From NCBI GenBank assembly GCA_038321985.1, contig JBBQFN010000028.1, forward strand, positions 8,701 through 72,700: DNA of 64,000 nt, in the 5' to 3' direction. The notes under the pieces are model-generated. The model ran no database searches and was not told the DNA's origin. It saw only the letters and a program-made list of their open reading frames with translations. Source of the stretch: Cyanophyceae cyanobacterium (GTDB taxonomy: Bacteria; Cyanobacteriota; Cyanobacteriia; Cyanobacteriales; Laspinemataceae). The translations under genes were made by a program, and so were the position numbers. Shown here one piece after another: positions 40,290 through 49,925 of the stretch (positions within the stretch are counted from its first letter, which is position 1; the number at the start of each line of letters is the position of its first letter).

Positions 40290-41309
40290 GCCTCCTACAC
40301 CCCGACTCAAATACACCTCTCCCCCAACCATCCCCACCACTACGAGGGCTAACCCTATCCCAGCACCCACTCCATCCCACCGAAAAATACTCAGGGCAAT
40401 CAACAGAGTACAGGCGATATAGGTACTGGCAACTTGGGCGTGAGTCCAACCCGATTGTTGCAAGCGTTGATACAAATGACTCCGGTGGGCTTTAAAGATA
40501 TTTTCCCGGCGGATGAGGCGGCGAACCAGGGTGTAGATGGCGTCAGCGCTGAGGGGTAGGCTGATGGTGAGAGCTGTCCAGGCGGCGATGGGGTTGTGGG
40601 CGTTGAGGAGGGATATGGCTACTGCGGCACCTAATACGGTACTGCCTACATCCCCCATGAAGATTTTGGCCGGGGACCAGTTCCACCACAGGAAGCCGAG
40701 GAGGGCCGCAACCAGGAGCCACCAGAGGGGTTGGTTCAAGTAGAGGGCGAGAAACCCCAGTTGGACGAGGGTGACTCCGGCAACCAAGCCGTCTAAACCG
40801 TCCATGAAGTTATAGAAGTTTATCAGGGCGGTGATGGCGATCAAGGTGAGGCTGGAGGCGATGAGTTGTCCCGGGAGTCCGAAGCTGGTTAGCCAAGGTT
40901 GCGGAAAAGGGCCAAAACAGAAGAGGGCGATACCGGCGGCCGTGAGTTGGACTAGGTAGCGGATACTGGAGGGGAGGTTGTGGCGATCGTCCAGGAAGCC
41001 GATGATGGCGAGGGGAGTGAGGATACTCCAAATTGGCAGTAATAAGGATAATACAAATTGTGGAGATGTTATCTGTAATAGATTGGCTGGTAATATTTTT
41101 GGGAAATAGCTTGACACAATTGGTGTGAGTATGGTGAAGCAGGCAAAGGCGATGATGAAGCCTAAGCCGCCTCCCCGTGGGGTGGGTTGGCTGTGGGAAC
41201 TGCGATCGTTGGGAATGTCGAGGAGCTTTTGGCTGAATCGTTGTTTTAGCCAGCCCGTGGTGAGGAGGCTGAGGAGGAAGGTGGTAAGAGATAGAGTCAG
41301 GAGTGGCAT
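40239..41309 (-). CDS. MraY/WecA-family (WbpL-like) polyprenyl-phosphate sugar-1-phosphate transferase
   Basis: DIPNDRSSH..PTPRGGG, GFLDD, NFYNFMDGLDG, AKIFMGDVGS, AHRSHLYQRL. Confidence 0.92.
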   Translation of the reverse strand: MPLLTLSLTTFLLSLLTTGWLKQRFSQKLLDIPNDRSSHSQPTPRGGGLGFIIAFACFTILTPIVSSYFPKILPANLLQITSPQFVLSLLLPIWSILTPLAIIGFLDDRHNLPSSIRYLVQLTAAGIALFCFGPFPQPWLTSFGLPGQLIASSLTLIAITALINFYNFMDGLDGLVAGVTLVQLGFLALYLNQPLWWLLVAALLGFLWWNWSPAKIFMGDVGSTVLGAAVAISLLNAHNPIAAWTALTISLPLSADAIYTLVRRLIRRENIFKAHRSHLYQRLQQSGWTHAQVASTYIACTLLIALSIFRWDGVGAGIGLALVVVGMVGGEVYLSRGVGGRNQVSIKSGGLGDNSD

Positions 41310-41721
41310 GATGAACGTAGAGTTTGCTGGAGACCCTCATCTATCGTAAATGGTGGTTGCCAGTTTAGGGTATTACGGATTTTGCTGCTATCTACGATCA
41401 GGGAACCCAGGAGGCGATCAAGGGTTGGGGTGTTGAGGGGGAGCGATCACGTTCGCTTCCGAAGCTTGCGGGCCAAGGGAATTTGCTGACCAAGTTGAGA
41501 TATATTGATCTATATGGAAAATCCTGATCGTATCTGTTGACCCAATTCAGCGAGCAAACTAATGCAGAAAAGTTTATAATTTTTTATTGCTCTTAGGGTT
41601 TATCAATTAGGCTATAATTGAGATAGTTTTTCTTTAGTCCAATGCACCCCTTTAAGAAGTACAATTGAATTTTTAATTTTAACTTTATTCTAATTCGCCA
41701 TTTTACGGAGGCACCCACTTA

Positions 41722-42657
41722 ATGACTACTCAGCAACCTATACTGATCACGGGTTCTCATCGTTCGGGAACCACTTGGATAGGAAAAATGCTATCTACTT
41801 CTCCATCAGTTGGTTACATACAAGAACCATTTAATTTAGAGCAGTCTCAGAAGTTTTGTGGTAGATGTGCAGCTCTAATTGATTATTGGTACACTTACGT
41901 TACTGATGAGAATGAAGCCAATTTTTATCTGCCCATTCTAAATACTTTAAATTTTAAATATAACTTATTGGAACAACTCAGAGCAAATACTACTTTTTTG
42001 GACTATGCCATCACCCTAAAAGAGTCTTTAGATTTTTTTAAATTTCGTATCAATAAAGCCGTCCCTTTAGTTAAAGATCCACTAGCTTTTTTTTCTACTG
42101 AATGGCTAGCTCATAGATTTAATATGAAAGTAGTTATTCTTATTCGACATCCAGCAGCTTTTGCAAGTAGTTTAAATAGACTTCACTGGACCTATGACTT
42201 TTCCCATTTTTTGAATCAACCCCTTTTAATAAGAGATTACCTTTATCCTTTCCATGATGAACTTATCAATTTTACCCGCGAAAACCATGACATTATAGAA
42301 CAAGCAATTTTATTATGGAATATCATCTATTCAACGGTTATAAAATACCAGCAAAAACATTCAAACTGGATATTCTTGCGGTATGAAGATATAGCTAGGG
42401 AACCTTTACCGCATTTTTCTAATCTGTTTAATGAGTTAAATTTAGATTTTTCTAAATCAGTTTTATCTACTATTAAAAGTTATTCAGGCAACTCAAATCC
42501 CGTAGAAGTCCCTAAAAGTAGTGCTCGTTTCACTCAGCGTAACAGCAACGAAAATATATGGACTTGGAAGAACAGGTTAAGCGAATTCGATATTGAACGC
42601 ATTAGAAATGGTGTTGCTAAAGTATCAAATGAATTTTATTCGGATGTTGATTGGTAA
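41722..42657 (+). CDS. PAPS-dependent sulfotransferase
   Basis: 5'-PSB ITGSHRSGTTW, EPFN, VKDP, 3'-PB IRHPAAFASS, RYEDI. Confidence 0.88.
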   Translation: MTTQQPILITGSHRSGTTWIGKMLSTSPSVGYIQEPFNLEQSQKFCGRCAALIDYWYTYVTDENEANFYLPILNTLNFKYNLLEQLRANTTFLDYAITLKESLDFFKFRINKAVPLVKDPLAFFSTEWLAHRFNMKVVILIRHPAAFASSLNRLHWTYDFSHFLNQPLLIRDYLYPFHDELINFTRENHDIIEQAILLWNIIYSTVIKYQQKHSNWIFLRYEDIAREPLPHFSNLFNELNLDFSKSVLSTIKSYSGNSNPVEVPKSSARFTQRNSNENIWTWKNRLSEFDIERIRNGVAKVSNEFYSDVDW

Positions 42658-42736
42658 GACTTTATCATAATTCAATTTTTCCTATCAACTATATTTTTTT
42701 CGTTTAGGGGACAACGGGAATATAAGTTATAATAAT

Positions 42737-43735
42737 TCATTGGTTTTGCAGAGTTAGTTTTAGACCTTCTTCTACTGTAAAAGGTGGTTTCCAGTTGAGG
42801 GTATTGCGGATGTAATTGCTGTTAACAACTAGAGAACCCAAGAATCGCTCGATGGCTGACACATTAATAGGGAGGGATCTCCCCAGCAGTTTCTCTCCTA
42901 CATCTCCAAGATGGCCTGCAATTCTCAATAAACTGGGTGGAACTGGCAGCAGATTGCAGGGACAGTCTAAATAGTAAGCTATTTTGCGGATTAGGTCAGG
43001 GGTCGAAAGGTCTTCACCGTCACTTATGAGAAAAGTTTGGTTTTTGGCACTAGGGTGGGTGAGACAGGTGATAATGGCATTTACCAGATTTCCCACATAG
43101 ACGAAGCTGCGACGATTGTTGACTTGCCCAAACGGCAAAACCCAACCCTTTTTGACCAACTTAATTAAGCGTTCCATGTTCCCAGGGTTTCCCTGTCCAT
43201 AAACCAGAGTTGGGCGCAAAATTGTCCAACTCATTTCGCTTTGACTCGCAAGGCTGATTAACGCTTGTTCTGCTGTTAATTTGCTCCGTCCGTAGGGAGT
43301 ATCTGGATGGCAAGGATAGCTTTCATCCAGAGGCTGGTTACTCAAGGTTGTCATTGCCCCAACAGAGCTGAGCAATACAAAATGCTTTACTCCAGCTTGC
43401 ACTGATTGCTGAACAAGATTGGCAGTTCCCTCAGTATTTACTTTAAAAAATTCTGCTTCAGGGTTAGCTACGTTGTCTTCGAGGATATGAGCACGAGCAG
43501 CTAGATGGATTACTGAGTCTATCCCTTCAAGGCAATACTCCCAGTTAGTGTTGCCGTCAATATTGCCAACAGTGATGGCAGTGATAGGAGTCAAAACTTG
43601 GTACGAAGCTGATCGCACTGCTGCCGTCACACACCATGCTTTTTGGCTGAGTACAGGAATCAAGTGGTTTCCGATAAATCCCGTTGAACCTGTTATCAAA
43701 ATATTTCTGTTTTTATTAGACAAATTTCCAGACAT
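42737..43735 (-). CDS. NAD-dependent epimerase/dehydratase (UDP-sugar 4-epimerase/reductase-like)
   Basis: ITGSTGFIG, HLAARAH, YGRSK, RPTLVYG, RRSFVYVGNL; start placed at the ATG at 43735. Confidence 0.9.
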   Translation of the reverse strand: MSGNLSNKNRNILITGSTGFIGNHLIPVLSQKAWCVTAAVRSASYQVLTPITAITVGNIDGNTNWEYCLEGIDSVIHLAARAHILEDNVANPEAEFFKVNTEGTANLVQQSVQAGVKHFVLLSSVGAMTTLSNQPLDESYPCHPDTPYGRSKLTAEQALISLASQSEMSWTILRPTLVYGQGNPGNMERLIKLVKKGWVLPFGQVNNRRSFVYVGNLVNAIITCLTHPSAKNQTFLISDGEDLSTPDLIRKIAYYLDCPCNLLPVPPSLLRIAGHLGDVGEKLLGRSLPINVSAIERFLGSLVVNSNYIRNTLNWKPPFTVEEGLKLTLQNQ

Positions 43736-44522
43736 ATTTATTAAAAAAATAAATAGCTGATTGGATAGTAACCAGTGTAAGTTTCCATGATTTATAAGCA
43801 CCCCGTTCCCAATGATGATATATTAAAACTTTGGGATAAAATACGCTGCGGTATTTTTCTGCCATTCTTAAAGTAATATCTGCATCTTCTAAATACATAA
43901 ATATATTTTCATCAAAAAAGCCAATTTCATCCAGATATTCCCGACGAAAAAGCATAAAACATCCTGATAAGTAGGGAACATCCATTATTGTGTCATAGCC
44001 AGTTTCTCGCATCTCGTACCAATTTAGATAATTTTTCAAACCAAAATACAAGGGCTTAGGTATAAATCTTCGAGCGAACAGCGCTAATATGGTGGGATAA
44101 CGTTTACATAAATATTGAGTTTCACCACTGGGAAAACAAATTTTTGGCTGGATTAGCCCAATATCTTTATTACTATCTAAATAATTGATGAGTTCAACTA
44201 TTACCTGATCATGAAAATATACATCTGGATTCAACACTAGATGATAATCAGCTTTTAGAATCCTTAAAATGGCTAAATTATGAGCTTTTCCAAAACCTAC
44301 GTTTTTACCTTGATTATAAAAGTAATTTACCGTTTGAGATAAATCTTTTTTTTGTTGAAGTTGTCGATTAATCTCCTGGAAAAATTTTTCCAAGTCAGGG
44401 GTAGGAGAATTATCGACTACATACAAATCGACTTCTATGTTTGTATTAAAAAGGGATTCAACAGCTTGACCAAGTAGCTCAGGACTATTTTTATATAAAA
44501 CTAGGGAAGCGCTTAACTTCAT
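43716..44522 (-). CDS. family 2 glycosyltransferase (rhamnosyltransferase-like)
   Basis: VVDNS, NVGFGKAHN, LNPDV, SGCFMLFR, FDENIFMYLEDAD. Confidence 0.9.
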   Translation of the reverse strand: MKLSASLVLYKNSPELLGQAVESLFNTNIEVDLYVVDNSPTPDLEKFFQEINRQLQQKKDLSQTVNYFYNQGKNVGFGKAHNLAILRILKADYHLVLNPDVYFHDQVIVELINYLDSNKDIGLIQPKICFPSGETQYLCKRYPTILALFARRFIPKPLYFGLKNYLNWYEMRETGYDTIMDVPYLSGCFMLFRREYLDEIGFFDENIFMYLEDADITLRMAEKYRSVFYPKVLIYHHWERGAYKSWKLTLVTIQSAIYFFNKYVWKFV

Positions 44523-44578
44523 TTTTAGTTAATCCTTATATTATATAGCTATATTATTAATTTTAAAAATATCGAGGC

Positions 44579-45694
44579 TTATCGTAATGATTCATAGACC
44601 TGTAAAGTTTCTTGGGCACAGTTTTTCCAGCTAAAGTTAGCCGATCTCGCCAGACCCAGGCTTGATAAATCCTTGGCTAGTTGATCGTCGCTTAAGATGC
44701 GTTGCATGGCTTTTGATAAACCTTCAACATCGTCAGGTGCCACCAACAGGGCAGAATTTCCCGCCACCTCAGGCATTGAAGAAACATTAGTTGTAACCAC
44801 AGGGGCACCGCACTGCATTGCTTCTAAAACTGGTAAGCCAAATCCTTCATAGAGAGACGGATAAACAAAGATGCTCGTTCCATTATAAAGTCCAATTAAA
44901 TCTTGCTCTGGCACATAGCCTAAAAAACGCACCCTTTCTTCTAAATTCAAATTTTTAACTTTAGCAAAAATTTCATCGTACATCCAACCCTTTTTTCCAG
45001 CGATCACCAACGGTATATCGGGAAACTTATATGCTAATTTAGCGTAGGCTTCGATGAGTAGGGGGACGTTTTTGCGAGGCTCTAAGGCTCCAACATAGTA
45101 AATATATTTACCAACGGTTAGTTGATAGCGATTGCAAACTTCCTTAACTCGATTGCGAGCTATTACCCCATAATCACTGCTAGCAGCCAAAGGAATAGTA
45201 ATAATTCGCTCGGGCTTAACTCTTAATATTCGCATGACATCTTGGCGAGTGCTTTCCGAAATAGCAATCAATCGTTCCGCCTGGTTAGCACTCCAACGCA
45301 TCATTAAGGGAAAAATAAGTCGTTTGGAAAATTCGTGAAGTTCGGGAAATAATTCAAATGTCATATCGCAAAACGTGACCACTGACTGACACGACTTCAC
45401 TATTGGCATTGTGTAGTGTGGTGAGTGCAAAATTTCAAGCGCCAGCTTTCTAGCCTGCAATGGCAACCCAGTCTGTTCCCAAAGGATCCGTAGTGATCGC
45501 GAAGAAAACGGGATACTGACGAAAGAAAAATTATTTTTTTCTATTCTCCAATCTTCCCTGAGCTTGCTATTAATAAAAATAAAATACTGATTTCGATCAT
45601 CTATTTCTGCTAAAGCATTTACTAAATTGTAAATGTAATTTCCAGCACCCACTCGATTTGGGGGAATTGATGTTGCATCTATACCTATCCGCAT
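44579..45694 (-). CDS. GT4-family (GT-B) glycosyltransferase
   Basis: [39 protein letters not shown]. Confidence 0.92.
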   Translation of the reverse strand: MRIGIDATSIPPNRVGAGNYIYNLVNALAEIDDRNQYFIFINSKLREDWRIEKNNFSFVSIPFSSRSLRILWEQTGLPLQARKLALEILHSPHYTMPIVKSCQSVVTFCDMTFELFPELHEFSKRLIFPLMMRWSANQAERLIAISESTRQDVMRILRVKPERIITIPLAASSDYGVIARNRVKEVCNRYQLTVGKYIYYVGALEPRKNVPLLIEAYAKLAYKFPDIPLVIAGKKGWMYDEIFAKVKNLNLEERVRFLGYVPEQDLIGLYNGTSIFVYPSLYEGFGLPVLEAMQCGAPVVTTNVSSMPEVAGNSALLVAPDDVEGLSKAMQRILSDDQLAKDLSSLGLARSANFSWKNCAQETLQVYESLR

Positions 45695-45725
45695 AATTTT
45701 AAATAATAATTTAATAATATTTTCT

Positions 45726-46823
45726 CTAAATTTGAGTTAAATCGATAGCATTTGCTACAATTTCGGCAGTTCGATTCCAATCAAAATATTTTTTTACCTT
45801 TTCTACATAATTAGATTCAATCCTGCTCTTTTTTTGTGCAAGATACTTCATTTGATTGGCCCAAATATCAATATCAAAGTTGTTAAATACTGTAGCTCCA
45901 AATTCGTTAAACTGACTCAATGATGAATTTGCATTAATCAACACTGGAGTTCCCTGTGATAAAGCTTCAATCACTGGTATTCCAAACCCTTCCAATATTG
46001 AAGGAAAAACCATTCCTATAGCTCCTCTATATAAACCAGGAAGTTCTTGATTTTGAATTTTTCCTAAAATAATAATGTCATTACCATATTTGCTGTTAAT
46101 AATATTTTTAAAAATAGCGGAACTCTGCCAAACCTCACCCCCAGTCAGCAACAATTTAGTATTTTCTTCGTCTTTTCCTAGGCCCTCCCGAAATCGTTCA
46201 TAAGATTTTATTAAAAATGTAATATTTTTTTTGGGTTCAAATGTACCTACATGAATAAAATATTGATTAGGAATATTAATTCCATTAATTTTTTTCAAAG
46301 GCATTACTTTTTTTATTTTATATTGTTCTGACAAACCAGGGGGAGCAATAATGATCATTTCTTTGGGAATTTGAAAAGTATTAGCTATGTCCTCAGCAGT
46401 ATAATCAGAAATAGTAAATATATGTTCTGCATTTTTCAAGATTTGTGGAATTGCTTGGAGCGCTATTCTACCTCTCCAGGTTAAATAAGAGGGGTTGTGC
46501 CAACCTCCCAGATCATGCACCGTCACTCCATACTTTCTGCTATAAAATTTTGCGGGTACATTAATATTCGGAAAAATAAAATAATCATCCTTACTGGCTG
46601 CTCTACCCGCCAAAATATTGTTCCATAAAGTATCTCTTAATAAGCCCTCAATAGAACGTTCTAGGCTGCTTTTACCTACTGTTCTAAAGGGACAAGTATG
46701 GGGGATTACCTGTAAAGGCTGAGCTAATTTCATTAAGCGATGGCACAGTTCCCAAGCATAAATAGCAGTTCCAGCAGAGGTATGTGCTAACCCACTTAAA
46801 TCAAAATAGAAGCGTTTGTTCAT
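45726..46823 (-). CDS. GT4-family (GT-B) glycosyltransferase
   Basis: TVHDL, VGTFEPKKN, FPSILEGFGIPVIEAL. Confidence 0.88.
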   Translation of the reverse strand: MNKRFYFDLSGLAHTSAGTAIYAWELCHRLMKLAQPLQVIPHTCPFRTVGKSSLERSIEGLLRDTLWNNILAGRAASKDDYFIFPNINVPAKFYSRKYGVTVHDLGGWHNPSYLTWRGRIALQAIPQILKNAEHIFTISDYTAEDIANTFQIPKEMIIIAPPGLSEQYKIKKVMPLKKINGINIPNQYFIHVGTFEPKKNITFLIKSYERFREGLGKDEENTKLLLTGGEVWQSSAIFKNIINSKYGNDIIILGKIQNQELPGLYRGAIGMVFPSILEGFGIPVIEALSQGTPVLINANSSLSQFNEFGATVFNNFDIDIWANQMKYLAQKKSRIESNYVEKVKKYFDWNRTAEIVANAIDLTQI

Positions 46824-46851
46824 CTTCCTAATATCTCAATATTTTTTATAA

Positions 46852-47058
46852 TTAAATTCCGTATGGATCTGATCCATAATTACCACTGCCAAATCCATTA
46901 CTCTTTTTATTAGTTGGATTTTTTGAGCTTCTAGTTTGAGTGGTTTCCTCAATTTTTATTAATTTTCCTACACTTACTTTTATTCCCGCACCCAATAAAA
47001 CCATCAAAGAAAATCGCCGGCTAACTTTTATATTATTTAAGGATTTATTTAATAACAT
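46852..47058 (-). CDS. small protein with an RR motif and a C-terminal GFGSGNYGSDPYG
   Basis: 68-aa ORF exactly filling the gap between operon genes (15 and 28 nt gaps), same strand. Confidence 0.6.
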   Translation of the reverse strand: MLLNKSLNNIKVSRRFSLMVLLGAGIKVSVGKLIKIEETTQTRSSKNPTNKKSNGFGSGNYGSDPYGI

Positions 47059-47073
47059 TTTTAAGAAAAATTA

Positions 47074-48816
47074 TTATATTTTAATTTTTAATTGTCCATC
47101 AGGAGTACGATATATTTGTCCAGAAGTTAAGCCTATTTTATGCGCTTCAGAATCCCTCCTAGCTACAGGTAAATGGGCGATATCTAGTTGATGGACATTT
47201 TTGGCCTGGTTAACATTTTTAATACTGCTTGCAAAAATATGGCTAGCAATTAATTTACGGATATTACTAACATAGTCATACAATTCCACTTCTAAGCAAT
47301 TTGGTAATATATTACTGGCAATTAAATTTGCATCATGTTGAGCGTTTGTGCTAACCAACTTAGTATTTGTAATTTTAACATTATTGATTGAAGTTCCCTC
47401 AGTTAAGCTGAGAGTCACCGGAGAAAATAGACGGGTTTTTACAGGATACCTAATTTCTATCGTGGAATTATGTATCCCTCCACTGATTTCCAAGCTAGAA
47501 GGTAGTGGATCCTTACCTGCCCGCTGGAGCGATTGTTCAGTAGGAACTAATAAAATTTTAATATCAGCTTGTTCTAAGGAAAAATTTACCTTAAGATATC
47601 CAAAACCTACGGTTAATTGGTTGCCAGCAGATCCTGGCCCCTCAAGCATCCCATGATGGATATATTGGTAAACATCATGTGCCTCTACTGCATAAACATA
47701 ATTGCCTTTAAGCAAGTTTTGGTGAGGCCAAGCGCGCGGTGACATATAAGTATTAAACAAATGTACACAGGCAACTCGATTTAGATATAAACATGGTCTG
47801 TGATAGTCCCAAGCAATTAAAATACAGGTACCTAAAAAGCTAGTAAATATTTGAGAACCTGCATTCCCCGCTAGTAGTTGGATGTGGGGACTAGAAATAC
47901 TAGAAGGTAAGCGGTCGGGATTAAGCCATCTTGTCAAAACCACTGGTAAATTAGCACTTATATTGATGTCAGTATAAGTATGGTGTTCGCCTCCGTAGTT
48001 CCACAGACCTACTGTGCCAATACCATTATTAGCTTTTATATTGCTACTTAAGTATATATGAAGTCCACTAATTCTATATAAATTAGCCCAAGGATGCTTT
48101 TGAGCGCGAGCTATTAAAATAGCAACTGTAGAAGGATTCGCTACATTAACTCCATAAATCGTCAAATCCCTCAAGCAAATTTGATTAGACCCGCTAAAAT
48201 CAAATAGAATTCCTCCTGTAGAAGCATAAATATTCGTGATTTCTCTTCCATCTCCGTGAATGATTAAATTACTATGTTTATTTCTTTCATTATCTGTAGT
48301 AATATTTAATGTCTTAGCGACTAAGTATCGGCCATTGGGAAAATAAACTGCTTTACCAATCCCGTGAGATCCAGAATTTCCTGAATAATCTATAGCAGAT
48401 TGAATGGCATCAGTATCATCGCTACCTTCTAATGTATAAGGGTTATAATCCCCTCTCGCTCCCCAATCTTGTACATTGACAACTCCCGTTTCCGGAATAA
48501 TTTTCCAGGTACTATCATACCACCGGAAAATACTTCCAGTATGTTTGTTAATCCCTGTAAAATTTTTGCTTGGAATAAATGGTTCCCAGTTGGAGTTATT
48601 ATAGCGGTAAATTTTATTATCTTTTTTATTTAAAATAAAATCGCTCGTAGTTATAAATGAAAAATTTTTCACCAAAGAAATTAAATTGTCGGCGTAAACT
48701 ACATCTAATATATTAATTCCTCCAGTTTCATCTAAGGAGACTCGCAGGTAATCATTTAAAATTTTTCCCCATTCTTCAGAATCTTGACCGGGGCTAGGTA
48801 AGCGGTTAGCCATCAT
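47074..48816 (-). CDS. pectate-lyase-3/beta-helix protein with phage tailspike-like architecture
   Basis: VNVQDWGARGD..DDTDAIQSAID..AVYFPNGRYLV; N-terminal RLPSPGQDSEEWGKILND; C-terminal LP..D.EA..GLTSGQIYRT.DG.LKI; ATG at 48816 after GGAG. Confidence 0.75.
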   Translation of the reverse strand: MMANRLPSPGQDSEEWGKILNDYLRVSLDETGGINILDVVYADNLISLVKNFSFITTSDFILNKKDNKIYRYNNSNWEPFIPSKNFTGINKHTGSIFRWYDSTWKIIPETGVVNVQDWGARGDYNPYTLEGSDDTDAIQSAIDYSGNSGSHGIGKAVYFPNGRYLVAKTLNITTDNERNKHSNLIIHGDGREITNIYASTGGILFDFSGSNQICLRDLTIYGVNVANPSTVAILIARAQKHPWANLYRISGLHIYLSSNIKANNGIGTVGLWNYGGEHHTYTDINISANLPVVLTRWLNPDRLPSSISSPHIQLLAGNAGSQIFTSFLGTCILIAWDYHRPCLYLNRVACVHLFNTYMSPRAWPHQNLLKGNYVYAVEAHDVYQYIHHGMLEGPGSAGNQLTVGFGYLKVNFSLEQADIKILLVPTEQSLQRAGKDPLPSSLEISGGIHNSTIEIRYPVKTRLFSPVTLSLTEGTSINNVKITNTKLVSTNAQHDANLIASNILPNCLEVELYDYVSNIRKLIASHIFASSIKNVNQAKNVHQLDIAHLPVARRDSEAHKIGLTSGQIYRTPDGQLKIKI

Positions 48817-48854
48817 TGGCAAACTCCAACTTTAAATACATTTTTTAAATACAT

Positions 48855-49898
48855 TTATTTATTGGTTGTTTTGACCATCATTTGGTAGATTTTTTGAGAT
48901 AATTTCAACCTCTGTTCTGAGACAAACCTTTTCCCAAGCATCTTGAAATAACAATCAAGTAAAAATTCCTTAGGCATTGTAATTGCTACTTGTAACAAGT
49001 GTAACAGGGTCAATACAGGGTTTATATAAAGTTTTTTCAAACATGGTCTATCAGTATCGTATCTGAGGATATGACGATCATATTCCTCGGCCAAATCTTT
49101 AAAATTATCTCCTACAGCACCTAACTTTTCAGCAATCCAATCTCGATTTCTTCTATTAATCTTTTGTAATAATTCTCCATATTGTTTTTGCTGCCAAGGT
49201 TGAGATGCCTGCCCTTCGTAGAAACGCCAAGCAGCTTCGATATCATTACAATAAATTATTTTGCCGTATAAACCCAGTTTAATATACCATTCATAGTCTG
49301 CGGCTGAACCTAAATCTTCAGCAAAAGTTTCACCTTGGTTTAAAATACTACTTCTCATTAACAGAGAATGAATACTAGAGTAAATTCCTAGTAAAAAGTA
49401 ACAAGCCACACTACTATCAATCCCCTCAAGCAAGCAAACGGTATTATCGGCAATTTTAAAAAGTGTTTCACCTAGCAAGTTGGCTGGAGTGATATCGCCA
49501 AGTTTTCCGTTGATATCGATAATTCTAGTCCTAGAGGCAACGCATATGGCTGCTGGGTGGGCGGCGAGTCTTTTATGTGCTATTTCCAGCCACTTCCTAT
49601 CCCAAACATCATCGCTAGTGAGAATACAAAAGTAAGAGTTTGTTACTTTTGACAAACCAAAATTCCAACTTTGATACAAACCCTGTCGGGGTATTTGATA
49701 AATTTCAAATCGGCTATCATTTTTTGCATAGGCTTGAATAATTTCCCAAGAACCGTCCTCAGAAAATCCATCAACTACAATGCAGCGCCAATGTTTATAA
49801 GTTTGACTTAATAAGGAAAATAAGCATTCGGCTATATATAGTCCTTTATTGTAGTTAGGAACTATAACATCTATCACTTCACTTGTTCGTTTTTTCAT
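48855..49898 (-). CDS. family 2 glycosyltransferase
   Basis: VIVPNYN..IAECL.SLLSQTY..IVVDGFSEDGS, LTSDD, ADYEW. Confidence 0.88.
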   Translation of the reverse strand: MKKRTSEVIDVIVPNYNKGLYIAECLFSLLSQTYKHWRCIVVDGFSEDGSWEIIQAYAKNDSRFEIYQIPRQGLYQSWNFGLSKVTNSYFCILTSDDVWDRKWLEIAHKRLAAHPAAICVASRTRIIDINGKLGDITPANLLGETLFKIADNTVCLLEGIDSSVACYFLLGIYSSIHSLLMRSSILNQGETFAEDLGSAADYEWYIKLGLYGKIIYCNDIEAAWRFYEGQASQPWQQKQYGELLQKINRRNRDWIAEKLGAVGDNFKDLAEEYDRHILRYDTDRPCLKKLYINPVLTLLHLLQVAITMPKEFLLDCYFKMLGKRFVSEQRLKLSQKIYQMMVKTTNK

Positions 49899-49925
49899 GA
49901 GTCAATAGGGATCAATTGCCTATTT

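Noticed and set aside
40174..41349. Alternative-frame ORFs over the WecA-like gene (e.g. His/Pro-rich 40810-41340)
   Set aside because: By-products of the C-rich codon usage of the real gene.
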